This document shows positions 12,560-26,582 of a stretch of DNA of 64,000 bases, one piece after another (positions within the stretch are counted from its first letter, which is position 1; every line of letters starts with the position of its first letter). The stretch is taken from contig ADNK01002828.1 of the NCBI GenBank assembly GCA_000320545.1, positions 30,323-94,322 on the forward strand. The letters run 5' to 3'. The translations under genes were made by a program, and so were the position numbers. The stretch comes from Bigelowiella natans CCMP2755. Lineage: Eukaryota; Protista; Cercozoa. The notes below the pieces were generated by a model, which saw only the letters and a list, made by a program, of their open reading frames with translations, did not search any database and was not told the origin of the DNA.

Positions 12560-14700
12560 CTACTTTGGACGACCCGATCGTAGACCATCGTGTCGACATT
12601 GCCTTCAGAAGGTTCATTGTTGGAGTGCATGCATTGCGTCGCCGCCACATTGAAGCTAGTTGCATTGCTTCACAAATGCTGGATCGCCAATTCACAAATC
12701 CTGCTGGTTTCACCAGTTAGCCCTCATTGAAGTCAGTTCGAGGCACTGCGTTTCGCACATTGCGGGTGTCTTGTCACGTTTTGAAAACGTGGGAAATCAT
12801 CACGTTTGTCTTTGTTTGTCTCGCATTGCCCATCTAGCCGTTGGTGTCAGGGTTGGGGTCAGGGTTGGGGTTGGAGCAGCAAACTTCTTTGCAACGTTTT
12901 GGAAATGCAGTTTCACAGTTTTTCATCATTGTCTCGTTTTGCACCCAAAATCGATTGACCATTTTCACTTGGTTCAGCGCATTTGCGATTCAACGCGCGC
13001 GTTTGACAACACAGCACGCAGCAACGCAACGCAGAGCAGCATTGATTGATTCACTTGCAATTTTTGCAAGACGGGCGTTTTTTTGTGACGAGCAGGATGG
13101 CAGTCGGTGCAGCACTTCCACCCGCACAAGTGCATCTGTCGGGAGAGAACAACAACATTGCGATGCAAGAGAAAGTGCACCTTCACACAACAATTGAATC
13201 AAAGTGCAATTGTGTCATCATCATTGCATCTTTTGCCCTGCTTGCGACGACGACCAACGATTGAGTCCACGTGTTGTTTGATGACAAACTCGAGAATCGA
13301 TTCAAAGGGCTAGAGGGGACAACCTAGCAACGTTCCTCGCTGAATCCACGTTTCACTCCCCCTTTCGTGTTCGATTTTGCGATGTGCAGATCGCTGAACG
13401 TGCCAACGGATCCACCAAACACGTGTGAATTTCTGGTGTGATGCACCTTCCCAATCTCCACCACCACGTTTTTTGCATCGTCTTCTTCGCCTCCTTCGCC
13501 CACCTCCTCGTCTGTCGTTTTCAACACCATTTCCACGTCCTGTGTGGCAACAGCGTCTGTTTGTGTTGGTGTTTGTGTTTGTGTTTGTGCACACGCACAT
13601 TCACACACAAGACACACACACACCCACACCTAGCTAGCTAGCCAGCTAGACACCCACACACACCCACACACAGTTCTGGAATTGAGGAATGATGGCCCCA
13701 CTCTGCCACCTTTTTGAACCACTCTGGCACTTGCGATTTGATAATTTTGGGCGCGTGACGCCAGGTTTCATGCAGGTTGGTGTTCACAACCTCCATTGCT
13801 TTCTGCAGCATGTTGCTGCACTGCTGGTGCAGTTTTTGAGGCAGGCCCCTTCCAGTCATCGAATGCCACCTGCTGGCCTGCCTTCTCCCCTTCTTTTTGT
13901 CTTTGTCTTCCCATCCTCCCATTTTTTCCCTTTCCTGTGCACGATGATGATGATGATGGACACAGCAACATGGTGTGTGATGAACATTGTGCATTGCTGT
14001 GTCCATCATTGTGCAACATGCAAGCATGCATCACATCATGCGAAGCGAACGATCGAAGCCAATGAACTAGTGAATGCCAATCACCACAAAAGGAGCGAAC
14101 CACACACACAGCAACCAACCTAGCTAGCTAGCAACCCCTGTGACCCCATCCCCCCTCATGCTAGCATGGCACGTTAGAAGCACACATTGTGGCTAGCACA
14201 GACATCTAGACGATGCACAGCGGCGTGCGCATGAAGTGCGCGAAAATTCGCTTGTCCTTTTTGGACAATGTTTTTATCGATTTGACTTCCGTTACATGAT
14301 GGCACATTTTGGGCAAAAATGAACGTGCATGAATGCTCCGGAATGTTTCGGGAACATTCTAGCATTGCTGCCGCATCAACGTATGACGGTAGGACTCTCG
14401 AACCGGGAAGCTTGGGATGGCATTGCGCACATCACGCATGCATGCGCACCACTGTAGACCAGCTGCTGCATGAAACAGCACACAAACAAGCTCTGCTTGC
14501 TAGCTAGCTTGGTGTGAGAGCTTGTTGAGCTTGTGACATTCCAAAACAAGTGACAATCTGTGATCTTGTGATGTTTGTCACAGCATGCAACAATGCACAG
14601 TCTAGACAGTAAACGACAGTAAACGTTGCACAGTTGCACAGTGCATCACATCGACGATGAAATCCGGCACATTAATCGAAATTGTAGTGGGTATCTCAAG
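12560..14700. mobile_element. TpA-depleted degenerate repeat island A (unclassified element remnant)
   Basis: 5 TpA in 12601-13620, all in TAG context. Shares a block with 34419-34515 in opposite orientation, including a 25-bp exact match (12735-12759 vs 34454-34478). No intact transposase is recognisable. Confidence 0.6.
12847..12876 (+). repeat. Mutated interstitial telomeric repeat (TCAGGG TTGGGG TCAGGG TTGGGG TTGGAG)
   Basis: Five hexamers in register. Each equals TTAGGG with TA changed to CA or TG (the last has one extra change). Confidence 0.75.
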
Positions 14701-14795
14701 GTTGATCATGAAATAGGTTGTGCAATTTTGGCAAAATTTTGCGACAAATGGCTTCCAATCGTTAGCTGCACTTTGTAACTAGACACTGAGTGGAG

Positions 14796-15227
14796 TTATT
14801 TACACCAGTGATCTGATTTTTTTTTAGTTCGTTGCTCCAAGAGGTCACTAGCTGAACCTTTTGTAATATATCTCCCACCTACATACATGAACTCCTTTGC
14901 AGAGGGGACACTTGAATTGGCCATCATTTTCTTTAAATTGTCTTCCCCGATGGACTTAAATAACAAGGCTTGAGCTCTATCTTCTGTAAGTGGCTGGGCC
15001 GTTTCCTTTTTCTCTTTTTTCAATTTTTTCTTCCTCTTTTTTGCTCGTTTATCCTTTTTATCGAAGCCTCCCTATGTGAATGCAACTTTTGAGGGTAATT
15101 CTGGGCGTAATAGAAATTCTTCAACCTTCAGTTTCAGCATTCCCTTTCTAGTTTTCTTCATAACCTCCGATAATCCCTCTCTTTTCTTGGACCTCTTTTT
15201 TGGCTTCCCTTCATTCTTGGTGCTCAT
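14796..15227 (-). pseudogene. Lys-rich ORF of about 143 codons interrupted by one in-frame TAG
   Basis: ATG at 15227 gives MSTKNEGKPKKRSKK...PSKVAFT*GGFDKKDKRAKKRKKKLKKEKKETAQPLTEDRAQALLFKSIGEDNLKK...SDHWCK*. The TAG is at 15074-15072 and the frame stays open on both sides of it. Confidence 0.45.
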
Positions 15228-17033
15228 AACGATCTATCAAATGTAAACTGAAATTTTGGTGTGCTTTCATGATTAATGGCCATCGCCATAAATTAATGAA
15301 AGGAATGCATAGTAGCTTGTCTACGATGGAACCATTTAATTAGTTGGTGAAGGAGAGTCGACAATCAGAGAGTAAGATACACGGATATATGGATTTACAT
15401 TAGGTCATAGGTCGCATATTTTTATCATTAACAGCGCTTAGACTACCCTGAAGAGCACAGCTCTCTTTTTCTTCTCTCTCCCTCCTCGCTTCCTCTTTCC
15501 ACGAAGGGTTTGAGAATTGACTCAATCTTCTGAGATAAAATATTCGTATTGATTCTTAGTCAGATAACATGTCGCCACCTTTAAATGGAATGGATTCACA
15601 AATATATTCAATCACACCCTCTAAGACAATCAATTTATTGAGTCGTACTTAAGAAACTAATCCCAAAACTGGTAACGCACTCTGCCCAACGCACTTTTCT
15701 CATCTGTTCTATTTTTCCAGTACATTTTTTTGGAAGTTTGTAGTTGAAAGATTTTCAAGACGACTTCTCCTGGCATAAGGCACAAATAACAAGTCGTATC
15801 TATGGTAGGTACAAACCAAAGGAAAAGGGCCTGTGAGCCCCCTCTCACTATGATGGTTTTCCATATGATACGACAAGGGATTCAAGTTGACGCAAAGTAA
15901 AAATCAGAAACATTCACAGGACGGAGAGGACGGACGACAGCGAGCAATTTAATTTTACGGCATGTGAAATGTGGTCTGTACATTTGGAACGACATGATGT
16001 TAATGAAGGTTAGGATGCAATTTCAAGGCGAATTTTTGCAGAGAATGCATGACCATTGTGTTGTGAGTCTTAAAAGACCTTGCGATCCCCTACCCTCATC
16101 AGCTTGCTCGTAGAACATCAACATTCACCGCGGGTTGCCAACTGCTTTTAAAATATACTTATTTAAAATTTTCTCATGATTGTAGAAATAAAGTTGTGAG
16201 AATGAATGGGAAAACTACTCTTGATTACTGATACTTGCGCCCGGTGTATGAACGAAGAGAAAGTTCCGAAATTTTTTAACTGTTTTCATTGGATACTCAG
16301 AACCTTTTGAGGAGGAGCTGTGTTATCTCTCTACGCAGTATGTCTTCCAATAGTGGAGAAGAAAAGGCTGAAACTGAAAATGATGCAGAATCAATCAGTA
16401 TTGAGGCAATACTTGCTGCAAAGAAAAACTACTTCTCCATCGAAAATGATGCGGATGCCGAAACCACAGGCGTTGGTGGTCAAATGAAAACCCAAGAGTA
16501 CAATACTCTGGTTTGTGTTATATCCCATACATAATAGTAATTTTATTACATAATACACACGTGTCTTACATTCTTAGCACTCAACACATACTAATTTGGT
16601 TACACATGTAAAATGTTTTGTAAAATCATCATCAGATTGTTCCGAACTTGGAGCCAAAGTATCCTTCACGATCAAGCTCTGTAAGAAAAATGAATCTTAT
16701 GTATGTCTGTATGCATCAGCAACTATCATCACTCACATCGGTGGAGAAAATAACGTGCGCTGATTGATCTTGTTGGGTAGTAGATTGTCATCATTGCAAA
16801 GAGAGTCTACTACTTCCCCGACGTATAGGCGTCGTCACTGTAGTAGTAGTAGTAGTAGTAGTAGTAGTGTGAAAAGTATCGAAAGAGTCGAACGACGGTG
16901 TGAGGACCTTGTGCCTTTGATGCGAAATTCCCCACTACAAACATTATCATAATATACTATATAGTGATATTTGTTTTATTAGCTAGAAAATTACCTGCTG
17001 TCACCAATTTTTATTTGGTTCTCTTTCGATTAG

Positions 17034-17275
17034 ATTTTTTCTTCGTCTTCGTTTCTGGGATCCTCGCGATTTTTTGTGCTTATGATTCTCTTCGTGTGCA
17101 ACACGGTACTACTAAGAAAAATGAAAGAGGATTTACATGAGAATGCTATGTATATTATATATATATATATATATATATATGTTAATATATCTACATATTT
17201 CCCTATTGATTCTACGGCTACTTGCGGTCGGGTAGATATGTTAGGACATCCATCAACACCCATTCTATTATTTCC

Positions 17276-17310
<35 letters not shown>

Positions 17311-18423
17311 GTTGCTGCTGCTGCTGCTGCTGCTACTAATTTGTTGTTTCAACGATGATCAGGCGATGTACCTTGCTCGAATAAATCTGTCAGTAGCTAT
17401 TGTGTACATGTACACCGATGACCAGGTTAGTTACTCACTCACAACTGGTACATTCTCGTTAGTTTGATAATAGGTAGGCGATTGGATAATGGAGGACATA
17501 TGCATCGTCATCATCAGCAGCAGCAGCAACAGCAGCACCTAGTGTCATTATGACGGTGTTCGCACAACAAATATATAGTAGTAGAGAGTAATATATGGTG
17601 AAGAACGATTCTGAAGTAACAATTTCGATATCATTGTCATCTCACAAAGGCATAATTGCCGCCGACAGCCTCCTGTATAAAAGCAGCATCGTTGTTTAGT
17701 CGTTTCCCGTAGTAGTGTTGATGGATGCATTTGTTGCCAACTTATAATAATGAACAGGAATTTGAGAAATCGGTAGCTCTATCCGCATTTTACTGGGGTG
17801 GGTAAACTCACCAGCAGCAGCAGCCTACATTTTACCGCGTAGTCATAGTACTCTCCTCCTCGTTGATGGGGAAAAGAAGCAGAAGAAGAAGAAGAAGAAG
17901 AAGAAGAAGAAGAACAACAACAACAACAACAACAACACGATGGAGACTGCCAATATCCGCAGCAAGCTATTTAGTATCATCCTCCGGTTAATGAAGTGAT
18001 GATCTACTCTCCCAATGTGTAGTGAGTAGTCCCTTACATTTTTTACACTAATCACACCATGTATGACTATTCTGCGGCTTAAAAGTACACTTGCACTTTT
18101 AGGGTATGCAAGCTCTCAGATATTGGCTGGGTATCTAGCTGCAAGATATGGAGGGAAGAAAATCCTTCTCTTGTCCTTCTTAGGTGCTGCTAATTCGTGT
18201 GTCACTTCATTCTCATCGCTATTGTTGCCATCATGCCGTTACTATTTATTATCTTGAATATCATTTTGTTCTTAAATAGTTTTCACTTGTTCTTAAAGTC
18301 TCTTATTATTATTACTATCGCGATCTATATTTACCAGGTACTGGAATAGGAACATGCTTGATCCCTATCCACGAGTCGTTGTGGAGCATGGTCATCTTTA
18401 GAGCAATCATTGGCATTTGTCAG

Positions 18424-18456
<33 letters not shown>

Positions 18457-20016
18457 ACAACACACCATGAAGAAGAATGAATGAATGATGAAGGCCGGTG
18501 GGGAGGGGAGGAAAGGAAGAAGAGAGATTGATGGATGACTAGAAGAACATAGCAGCGGCCTGGTGGTGGTACTACCACTTGAGAAGGGTGAGATGATGAT
18601 GATGATGATGATGGTGCATCGAAGATAGACGAAGAAGGGGAAGCAGCAGTAACAGCTGCAACATCCTAATATAAACGATAACGTGCTACTTCGATCATCG
18701 TAGTATCATATATTATTGTTATTGTTATTATTATTATTATTTATTATTATTAAATGGTAGGGTGCAAGCTATCCTTCCCAAATGGCTCTGTTATCCGGTT
18801 GGATCCCCTGGTAATAAATAACAACGATATTCCTTATCTTGCTAATACTACTAAATAAAGTGGTGCTACCGACCTATCCTATCCTATCAGGTTTGAACGA
18901 TCACGAGCATTGTCGATTATTTCTGCAGGGGAATCATTAGGTAGTACAATACTAGTAGTTATAGTAGTAGTAGTAGTAGTAGTAGTGTCGTCATCGTCGC
19001 TCAAAGAATGAATAAAAATAATAAGGTGATAATCAAATCTTGAAATACCAGATATAGTAGCAGCAGAAACAACAAGAGAAGATCGTTCATTCAAAGAGAG
19101 TTGTTGTAATTTTAGATTATTGTTGCTGGTATTTTTATTAAAGGCACGATAATTACTTTATTTGGAGGTCCATATATCGTAAATATGTGCAACTGCTGGT
19201 CTGGGCTATTCTACGCTACAGGAATAGCCAATTTGGTATGTTTTCGTATTGATGATAGATGGATGATGATGATAATGATACATCCTATGGTGACAACTGC
19301 GATGACGATGGTGGTTACTGGTGGTAGGTGGAGATGTTCATCAATCAATCAATCTATCTATCTATCTACCTATCTATCATCGGAGTATTATTATTATTTC
19401 ACCATCCAATATCTTTTCATTCGTCTCTCATATATTATCCATTGACTACTCGCTCTCTCAGGTCGTTTTTGTAATAATATCTCTCATGCTATTCGAGACA
19501 CCTGAGGAAATGAAAGAATGGTTAGGACATACTACTAATATCAATGATGATGATGATGATGATGAAGATGATGGATTAGGGTTAGGGTTAGGGTTAGGGT
19601 TAGGTATCTATTGATACTCCCATTACTACCACAAATTCGCTGCTGCTGCTTCTACTACTACTACACGTTTTCTATGAAAACAACAAGGGAATAATAATAC
19701 CTAACTTAAGCACTGTTTCTACTACTACTACTTCTACTACCACTACTACTACTACTGCGGACAAAATCACGCATCACATCACATCACAACACATTTTAAT
19801 GCTGCTTTTACTGCTGCTTGTGGATGATGAAGTGTTGTACTCTTCAGTTAAATCCGGTTTATTTGTGTTAACGCAGCAGCAGCAGCATATATTATTCTTT
19901 CTCTATACCACCTGCTGTTGAATTGTCATCTAGATACAAATTGGTTTTCTCCGTCTATTTTTTGCACCAACTAGTCCCTCAACACCTCTTATCTCGATTC
20001 TTCTTTTCCCTATTTT

Positions 20017-20047
<31 letters not shown>

Positions 20048-20735
20048 TAATAATAAAGGGGTTGGCTGAGTAGTGCCGAGATGAGATTCTTAAACTCTGA
20101 TTCTGCTCGTCCAAGAAGAAGAAGAACAAGATCTAGAAGCTTACTTGACAATGGTGACAGTCAATATCGTGATCATGACACGGTAGTAGTATATGGTCAA
20201 CCATAATAATGATAATAATCATTACGATGATAATGATGACGATGATGATGATAATAATGATAATGATACATCGGCAATCTCCATATGGTTTTGTGCTCAT
20301 TATCATACACATACCCCCCTCCCCCCCATTTTCTGGGAATTATTCGTTTTCTACTTCTTTATTGTTGTTGTTGCTGTTGTTATTTTTTCATCAGATTCCT
20401 TACGGCAAGTTTTTGCGGTCTATACCGTATCTATCTACGGTGGCAATTCATTTTTGTAGTGACTGGGGCTACTTGTTAATACTGTGTTACCTTCCTTCGT
20501 ATTGGCGAAATGTCTACCAAGTTAGCGACTCACAGATGGCTTTTTTCTCGGTAGTAGTAGTAGTAGTAGTAGTAGTAGCAGTAGCTAAACAGTAGGTAGT
20601 TAGTAAGGAGCACCAAAATGACGACGACGACAACGACGACGACTGATACAATATGTGTTTTTATTATTCTCCTAGGTACTACCATGCATTGGAATTCCAA
20701 TCGTTTCTATATTTGGGGCTACTTTTGCTGATTGG

Positions 20736-20776
<41 letters not shown>

Positions 20777-20811
20777 AATATTCGTGCTTACTACACCCAC
20801 TATCACTTTCC

Positions 20812-20847
<36 letters not shown>

Positions 20848-20930
20848 TTATATACTCATACTCAGGCTATTATCTCAAAAAGTGTCGCTCCTTCAGGTTT
20901 ATCATCACCCAAAGTGCTCTCTTTGAGGGG

Positions 20931-20975
<45 letters not shown>

Positions 20976-22079
20976 CTTTCATCGTCATGACAGAAAATCT
21001 TTAAATATATTGTTGGTCTATTCTTGTTCTACTACATGCTCTAATAATAACAACTAACACTTCTTCTTCTTAAGGTTCGTAAGAGCATGTCAGTACTAGG
21101 GTTGGGCCTACCAGCTCTATGCTTTCACCTCTTATCTTACTGTACGATCAGAATACAATATCAATCCTAATACGTCGACTAATCTAATCTAACCGAAACA
21201 CACTTTATCATTCATGAAAACCACCACCACCACTAATACTACGAACAGACACTAGTAATTACACTAACATCACAGCAGCAGCAGCAGCAGCAGCAGCAGA
21301 TGGGTAGAAGAATGTTGGCACATGTTGAATTCGTTGATCGACTAATCGATAAAGGAGATTATTGTGTTGTGCTATTTAAGCAGCAAGCAATTGTTGATGT
21401 TGTTCTGTATTTTGTCTTCTCTCTCATCTGCTCCTATCCGTTCTTACCTTAATATAACGAATCATATCATCATCATCATCATATGCTGTATATGCACACA
21501 CACACACACACAGGTAAACCTTGTCGCGCATCATGTCCTACGTTTTGGTTTGCTGTCTTCACGATGATTGCTGGAGTATCCTTTAGAGGGTGGCTTGTTA
21601 TAATAATAATAATAACACAAACACACGTGTTTGAGAACTGAACAGCAGCAGCAGCAACAACAACAACAGTAACACAAACAAAGAAACTACATAAACACAC
21701 ACACACACACTTACACAGATTTCAGACTGGAGGTTGGGCGTCGAATTATCTCGACATAGGGCCTAAGTACGTATCACACTTGTTCTCAATCGCAAATAGC
21801 GTAGGAGCTGTTTCCGGTATTTTAGCTCCTTTGGTCACTGGAGCTATTATTTCTGATGGGGTAGGTTGTACCTTCCTTTTACTATTACTACTACGAATAA
21901 CTAGTACGAATAACTAATACTCTATCTACGTGTGTGGTGTGATGAATTTTCCATATTCTACCAGCCTCTATTATTCCAGCATAAACAAAAAGAAGAAGAA
22001 GAAGAAAGAGTTTTTGCAAAGATTTTGGTGCTGGCTGCTCTACTACTTGTTGCCTCAAACCTTATCTTTCAGACATATA

Positions 22080-22111
<32 letters not shown>

Positions 22112-22298
22112 ATCGACTCTAAATTACTTCATGGATACTACTAATGCAATGCTGTTTCACACTATCTATCTGTGATAAATGTCATTATTATTTAAGGTCG
22201 GTAACTGGGGTGTAGTCTTCAATATGGTTGCAGTTATGTACGTTCTTGGAGGCGTTGTATTCTACATTTTTGGCAAAGCTCATGTTCTTTTTGATTGA
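17034..22298 (+). CDS. MFS anion:cation symporter (SLC17/PHT4/sialin-like), multi-exon; true start lies upstream of 17034
   Basis: Spliced exons read RFFVLMILFVCNT|AMYLARINLSVAIVYM, EFEKSVALSAFYWG|YASSQILAGYLAARYGGKK, FRAIIGICQ|GASYPSQMALLSGWIP, FERSRALSIISAGESLG, HFCSDWGYLLILCYLPSY, GGWASNYLDIGPKYVSHLFSIANSVGAVSGILAPLVTG and WGVVFNMVAVMYVLGGVVFYIFGKAHVLFD*. Confidence 0.9.
19576..19604 (+). repeat. Intact interstitial (TTAGGG)4+ repeat inside a transporter intron
   Basis: Read directly: TTAGGG x4 plus TTAGG. Confidence 0.9.
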
Positions 22299-22429
22299 GG
22301 TGCTTGATGATAGATGATAATGACGATGATGAGCAAAAGAGAAGCATAATACTCAACACGTGTATTTTTAATTTAATGTAATTTTGCAAAAAACAGCATT
22401 ATTCTCAACTTTTTACTAATCTATTATTA

Positions 22430-23900
22430 GAATGAGTGAGAGAGGTAGATAGCATAGGCAAGCAGGTGCCAGGCCAAGGACATATGTATAAATGTAGTAA
22501 TTGTCATCATCATTGTGACGTGAAAAGCTTCACATATACTTTGAGCATGACCTTTTTGAGGTTGGGCATCATGTTGCAGTAGGAATCATGAGTGTGCATC
22601 ATCTCACTTTGCATGCAAAGATGTAGTTGTTGTAAATAACGTCGATAAATCCATCTGGAACTTCAGAAGTTCAAAATAAGTATAATTTATTTCATCCTTG
22701 GAAGTGCTATACAGGCCTCCTTGCGTGCTATTTCCATGCTCTACAAAAATGTTAGACCATCATGCATGACTTATAAACGGCTGATACGTGTAGATATTGG
22801 GCATGCCATTGTACCAAGAATATTATTCTTGCAAACACAAAATTGAAAATAATAGACATAAATCATATCATGCATATGCATTATATTGCATTGTCTATAA
22901 CAAATATATCTCCTATAGTCGTTGATGTTGCCACGTGCAATAATGCACGCTCTGTGAAGAAACAAATGAGCTTTGTTGAAAGGCTTTGTCTGGGACACAT
23001 TTATGATAGCTAGATAGACACATAGTGACGTGATGTACATCATTCATGTATCATATTACATTGTCTATGATGAAGATAACAACAATGCACCTGACCACCT
23101 AGATGATCATTCCTGTTCGTTGTGGTTCGCTGTGCACGAACTGTGGCTAGTACTGCGAAGTGTCGTAGTGCATTCATGCATGCATTGCCGCCATCTTGTA
23201 ATCTAGCCATGCTAGCATGTCTGAGAGGAAGTCTAGAAGTCCGTTCATGCCACATGGCACGCGTCTACACATGCTATGCTAGCATGGCTGACTATATGAC
23301 AATCTCTCTACTGTCGTCTAGCTAGCATGTACGTCTAGACGTACGTACTAGCAACCATGCTAGCGCAGCAACGGCACTACCGCACCTCAGCAAAGCCGAT
23401 ACCAACGGCACAGCTCGGTCGCAATTGCTCTGTCAGTTGTTCCCTAGTTGCGTGTCATCATGTCTGTCTGTGCATTGTCCTTGATGCCTAGCGCATGCGT
23501 GTGCAGGATGACACATCTAGACATGCTAGCATGTGATGTCGACATCAGCACGCAACCATCGTCTAGATTGTGTCCAAGTTTACGGACAGTTGCTACATGC
23601 ACTGCGCTTTACATGGCCATCTGTACGTAGATGTAGCCATGCACACAATAATAGACATAGTAATAGCATATATAATAATACATATGATATTACGTGTCTA
23701 TAATCACAGCTAGACAGCACTACTGCGAGCGCATCTATTCATCGACAACGACGCAGCAATCGCGTAATCGTGGCCAAACACAACATTCATAGAATACTAG
23801 ACGACACCATCATCCACATGAACTGTGCACAACAGCGCTCAATGAGCTTTTACTTGCAACAATTATATAGTATATACGTTGTGTCTTTTGTTAAATACTA
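22430..23900. other. Intergenic block rich in CATG/CTAG/GTAC/TGCA, microsatellite-free; probable partly mutated repeat remnant
   Basis: The composition differs from the neighbouring introns. In 23221-23640 nearly all remaining TpA are flanked by C or G (CTA, TAG, GTAC). No credible ORF. Confidence 0.35.
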
Positions 23901-24026
23901 AACTAGGAGAGTTTGGAATGCTGGTATTTAAATAAAATGTACATTGACAGACAGATCTGCTACATGTTCTATCCCAGCAGTGTTTTAAGTTTTTTACAAA
24001 TTATTATTCAGTGATAAAGCGACTTG

Positions 24027-24225
24027 TTATTGAAGCGCACAACAGCTACCGATTCGTAACGCCTCCGCTGAAGTTATAGTTGTTGAATAATGTATTAAAT
24101 GGGGAATTATCAGCAGCAGCAAATCACAACTAACTCTAAAAAACATACTGTCGATATGATTTCTATGCTTCAGAGCTTTTGATTCATCCACTTTAACCTG
24201 AGAAGTACGTGCCCAGGGATAGACA

Positions 24226-24283
<58 letters not shown>

Positions 24284-24795
24284 CATAACATGCTTGAGAC
24301 CACCTACTATTGGCAACAACACAGATTACAACTACTACTACCACTACTACTACTACTACAAACTTGTTGGTTGTTAGTATTGTTATTACCATGTAGCTAT
24401 GTGAGTCGTGCAAGTAATCGCATATTATCATGGCAATCCCAAAAGGATTTTCATGCCTAATTCAATGTTGATTCATGTTATTCAAACAAGTGATGGTGAT
24501 GATGATGATATGTTGGGAGCTGTTGTTTTCTTAATTTCCATCAATACTTACCCGAAAACTCGAAGCTCGTTCAAACGTCCCAGGTAGATTGAAATAGGTG
24601 GTCTGAATCATACATAGATGTATGCAACATCATCATCATCATCATAGATAACATCGTCATCAAACAACAAAAACTGTGAATCATATTTTGAGCAACAACA
24701 AAATGTCATAGCAAAGATAGCGAATACAAACAACAACGCATCTTCTCACGACAATGGTAGTAACGTTATTATGATCATCATGATCATTTTCCAAA

Positions 24796-24831
<36 letters not shown>

Positions 24832-25153
24832 ACGAGAGATCTAAAACTTGATTCCCGGAGATACCACACGAATACGCGTAGGTACTGTACGCCTACACAC
24901 AGCAGCATAGCAGCACAAGTGATGATGATGATGATGATGATAGATCATCACCGAATCGATTGGACAATAACCAACCAAGACATACTTTAGATAGCCATAT
25001 ATGAAGAGATGTAGTATCTTGAGATAATACAACAACAACAACAACAAAGACGCTACTACTAATTGATGCATAGGGTACCTTCTCAAACTTTTCGTGTTCT
25101 TTCCAATCTCGATATCTCCCAGCCATGTACCGCATTCCTATGTGCCTGAGCCC

Positions 25154-25194
<41 letters not shown>

Positions 25195-25501
25195 AAGAAT
25201 AAAGAGAGGAAAAACACATTATATGATGATGGATAGATCAACAACACTTCTAAAAAGAAACAGATACACCACAACGAACAACTCCCTACAGATATAATTA
25301 GAGAATAATTACAAAACTGCACAACAAAATAATGAGCAGCGGTAGGAAAAGTAGTACTTCGACATAGCCGCCTGGTAATGAGGACCCATTATTATTGTTA
25401 TTATCATTATTATCATTATTAGTTATTTTAGTATTATTATCGTCTATCAACGTCATTTTCCATTAAGACTTCGTGAGGAGAGTACTTCAGACGAGGTAAT
25501 A

Positions 25502-25540
<39 letters not shown>

Positions 25541-25542
25541 GT

Positions 25543-25577
<35 letters not shown>

Positions 25578-26163
25578 TTACTACTACGTGCTGCTATTTT
25601 GTTATTCGTACTATCTCCTCCTCCTCCTCCTTACTACTACTATTACGTGCTGCTATTTTGTTATTCGTACTATCTCCTCCTCCTCCTCCTCCTCCTCCTC
25701 CTTACTACTACTGTTACTGCTACTACTACTACTACTACTACTACAACTTCTCGCACCACTACTTAGATTCGAGCTCTCATGAAATACTAATCACCATCTA
25801 CTACCTGTGGGGGAAGGGCCTTCTTTTCTTCTTCTTCTTCTTCATCTTGTTGTTGTTGTTGATGATCGTCTACCACTATTCTTCTTCTTGTTCTTTTTCT
25901 TCTTCTTCTTCCTGGGTCCAAGAAAGAAACGATGAGGCAAGACATATTATCTTTGGATCCACGGTACAAACTATAGTCGATCAGCCTGAAGATCATATCA
26001 TGATGATGAGCATGGAAGAGGAAGAAAGGAGGAATAGAGCCAGAGTCAAGGGATAAGGAGTAGAAGGAGGAGGAGGGGGAGGGGGAGGAGGAGGAGGAGG
26101 AGGGTGTAAATGACTAATATACAACGTTTTATTCGTTCGACCTGGAGATGATGGTACACAGCG

Positions 26164-26229
<66 letters not shown>

Positions 26230-26544
26230 AGAGAACCTGGCAGCGATTAAGTCTGGCTTTCCTGGTCCCAAAGTACTTCGACTTTCATCGTGCACGAAGG
26301 CACCAACCTGATAATAATTGAAAATATGATGATGATGCAGGAAGAACAATCAATAATAATAAAGACCACAGCCGTGCTGCTTACGTTACTACATATCTGC
26401 TGGTGGTGATGGTGGGTATGTGCTGTCCTTCTAAGGGGAAGAGAGTATATAATTCATTTACAATATATCATGGTTTTCACATGTACATGAAGAACATAAC
26501 AATAACGTAGTAAAACATCCCGAGCACTACCAGATGAATCAATA

Positions 26545-26582
<38 letters not shown>

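Noticed and set aside
12480-14640. Dense overlapping ORFs on both strands in island A (also 32.4-34.4 kb and 63.0-63.6 kb)
   Set aside because: They are Cys/His/Val-rich with no domain. Loss of TpA removes TAA and most TAG stops, which inflates chance ORFs.
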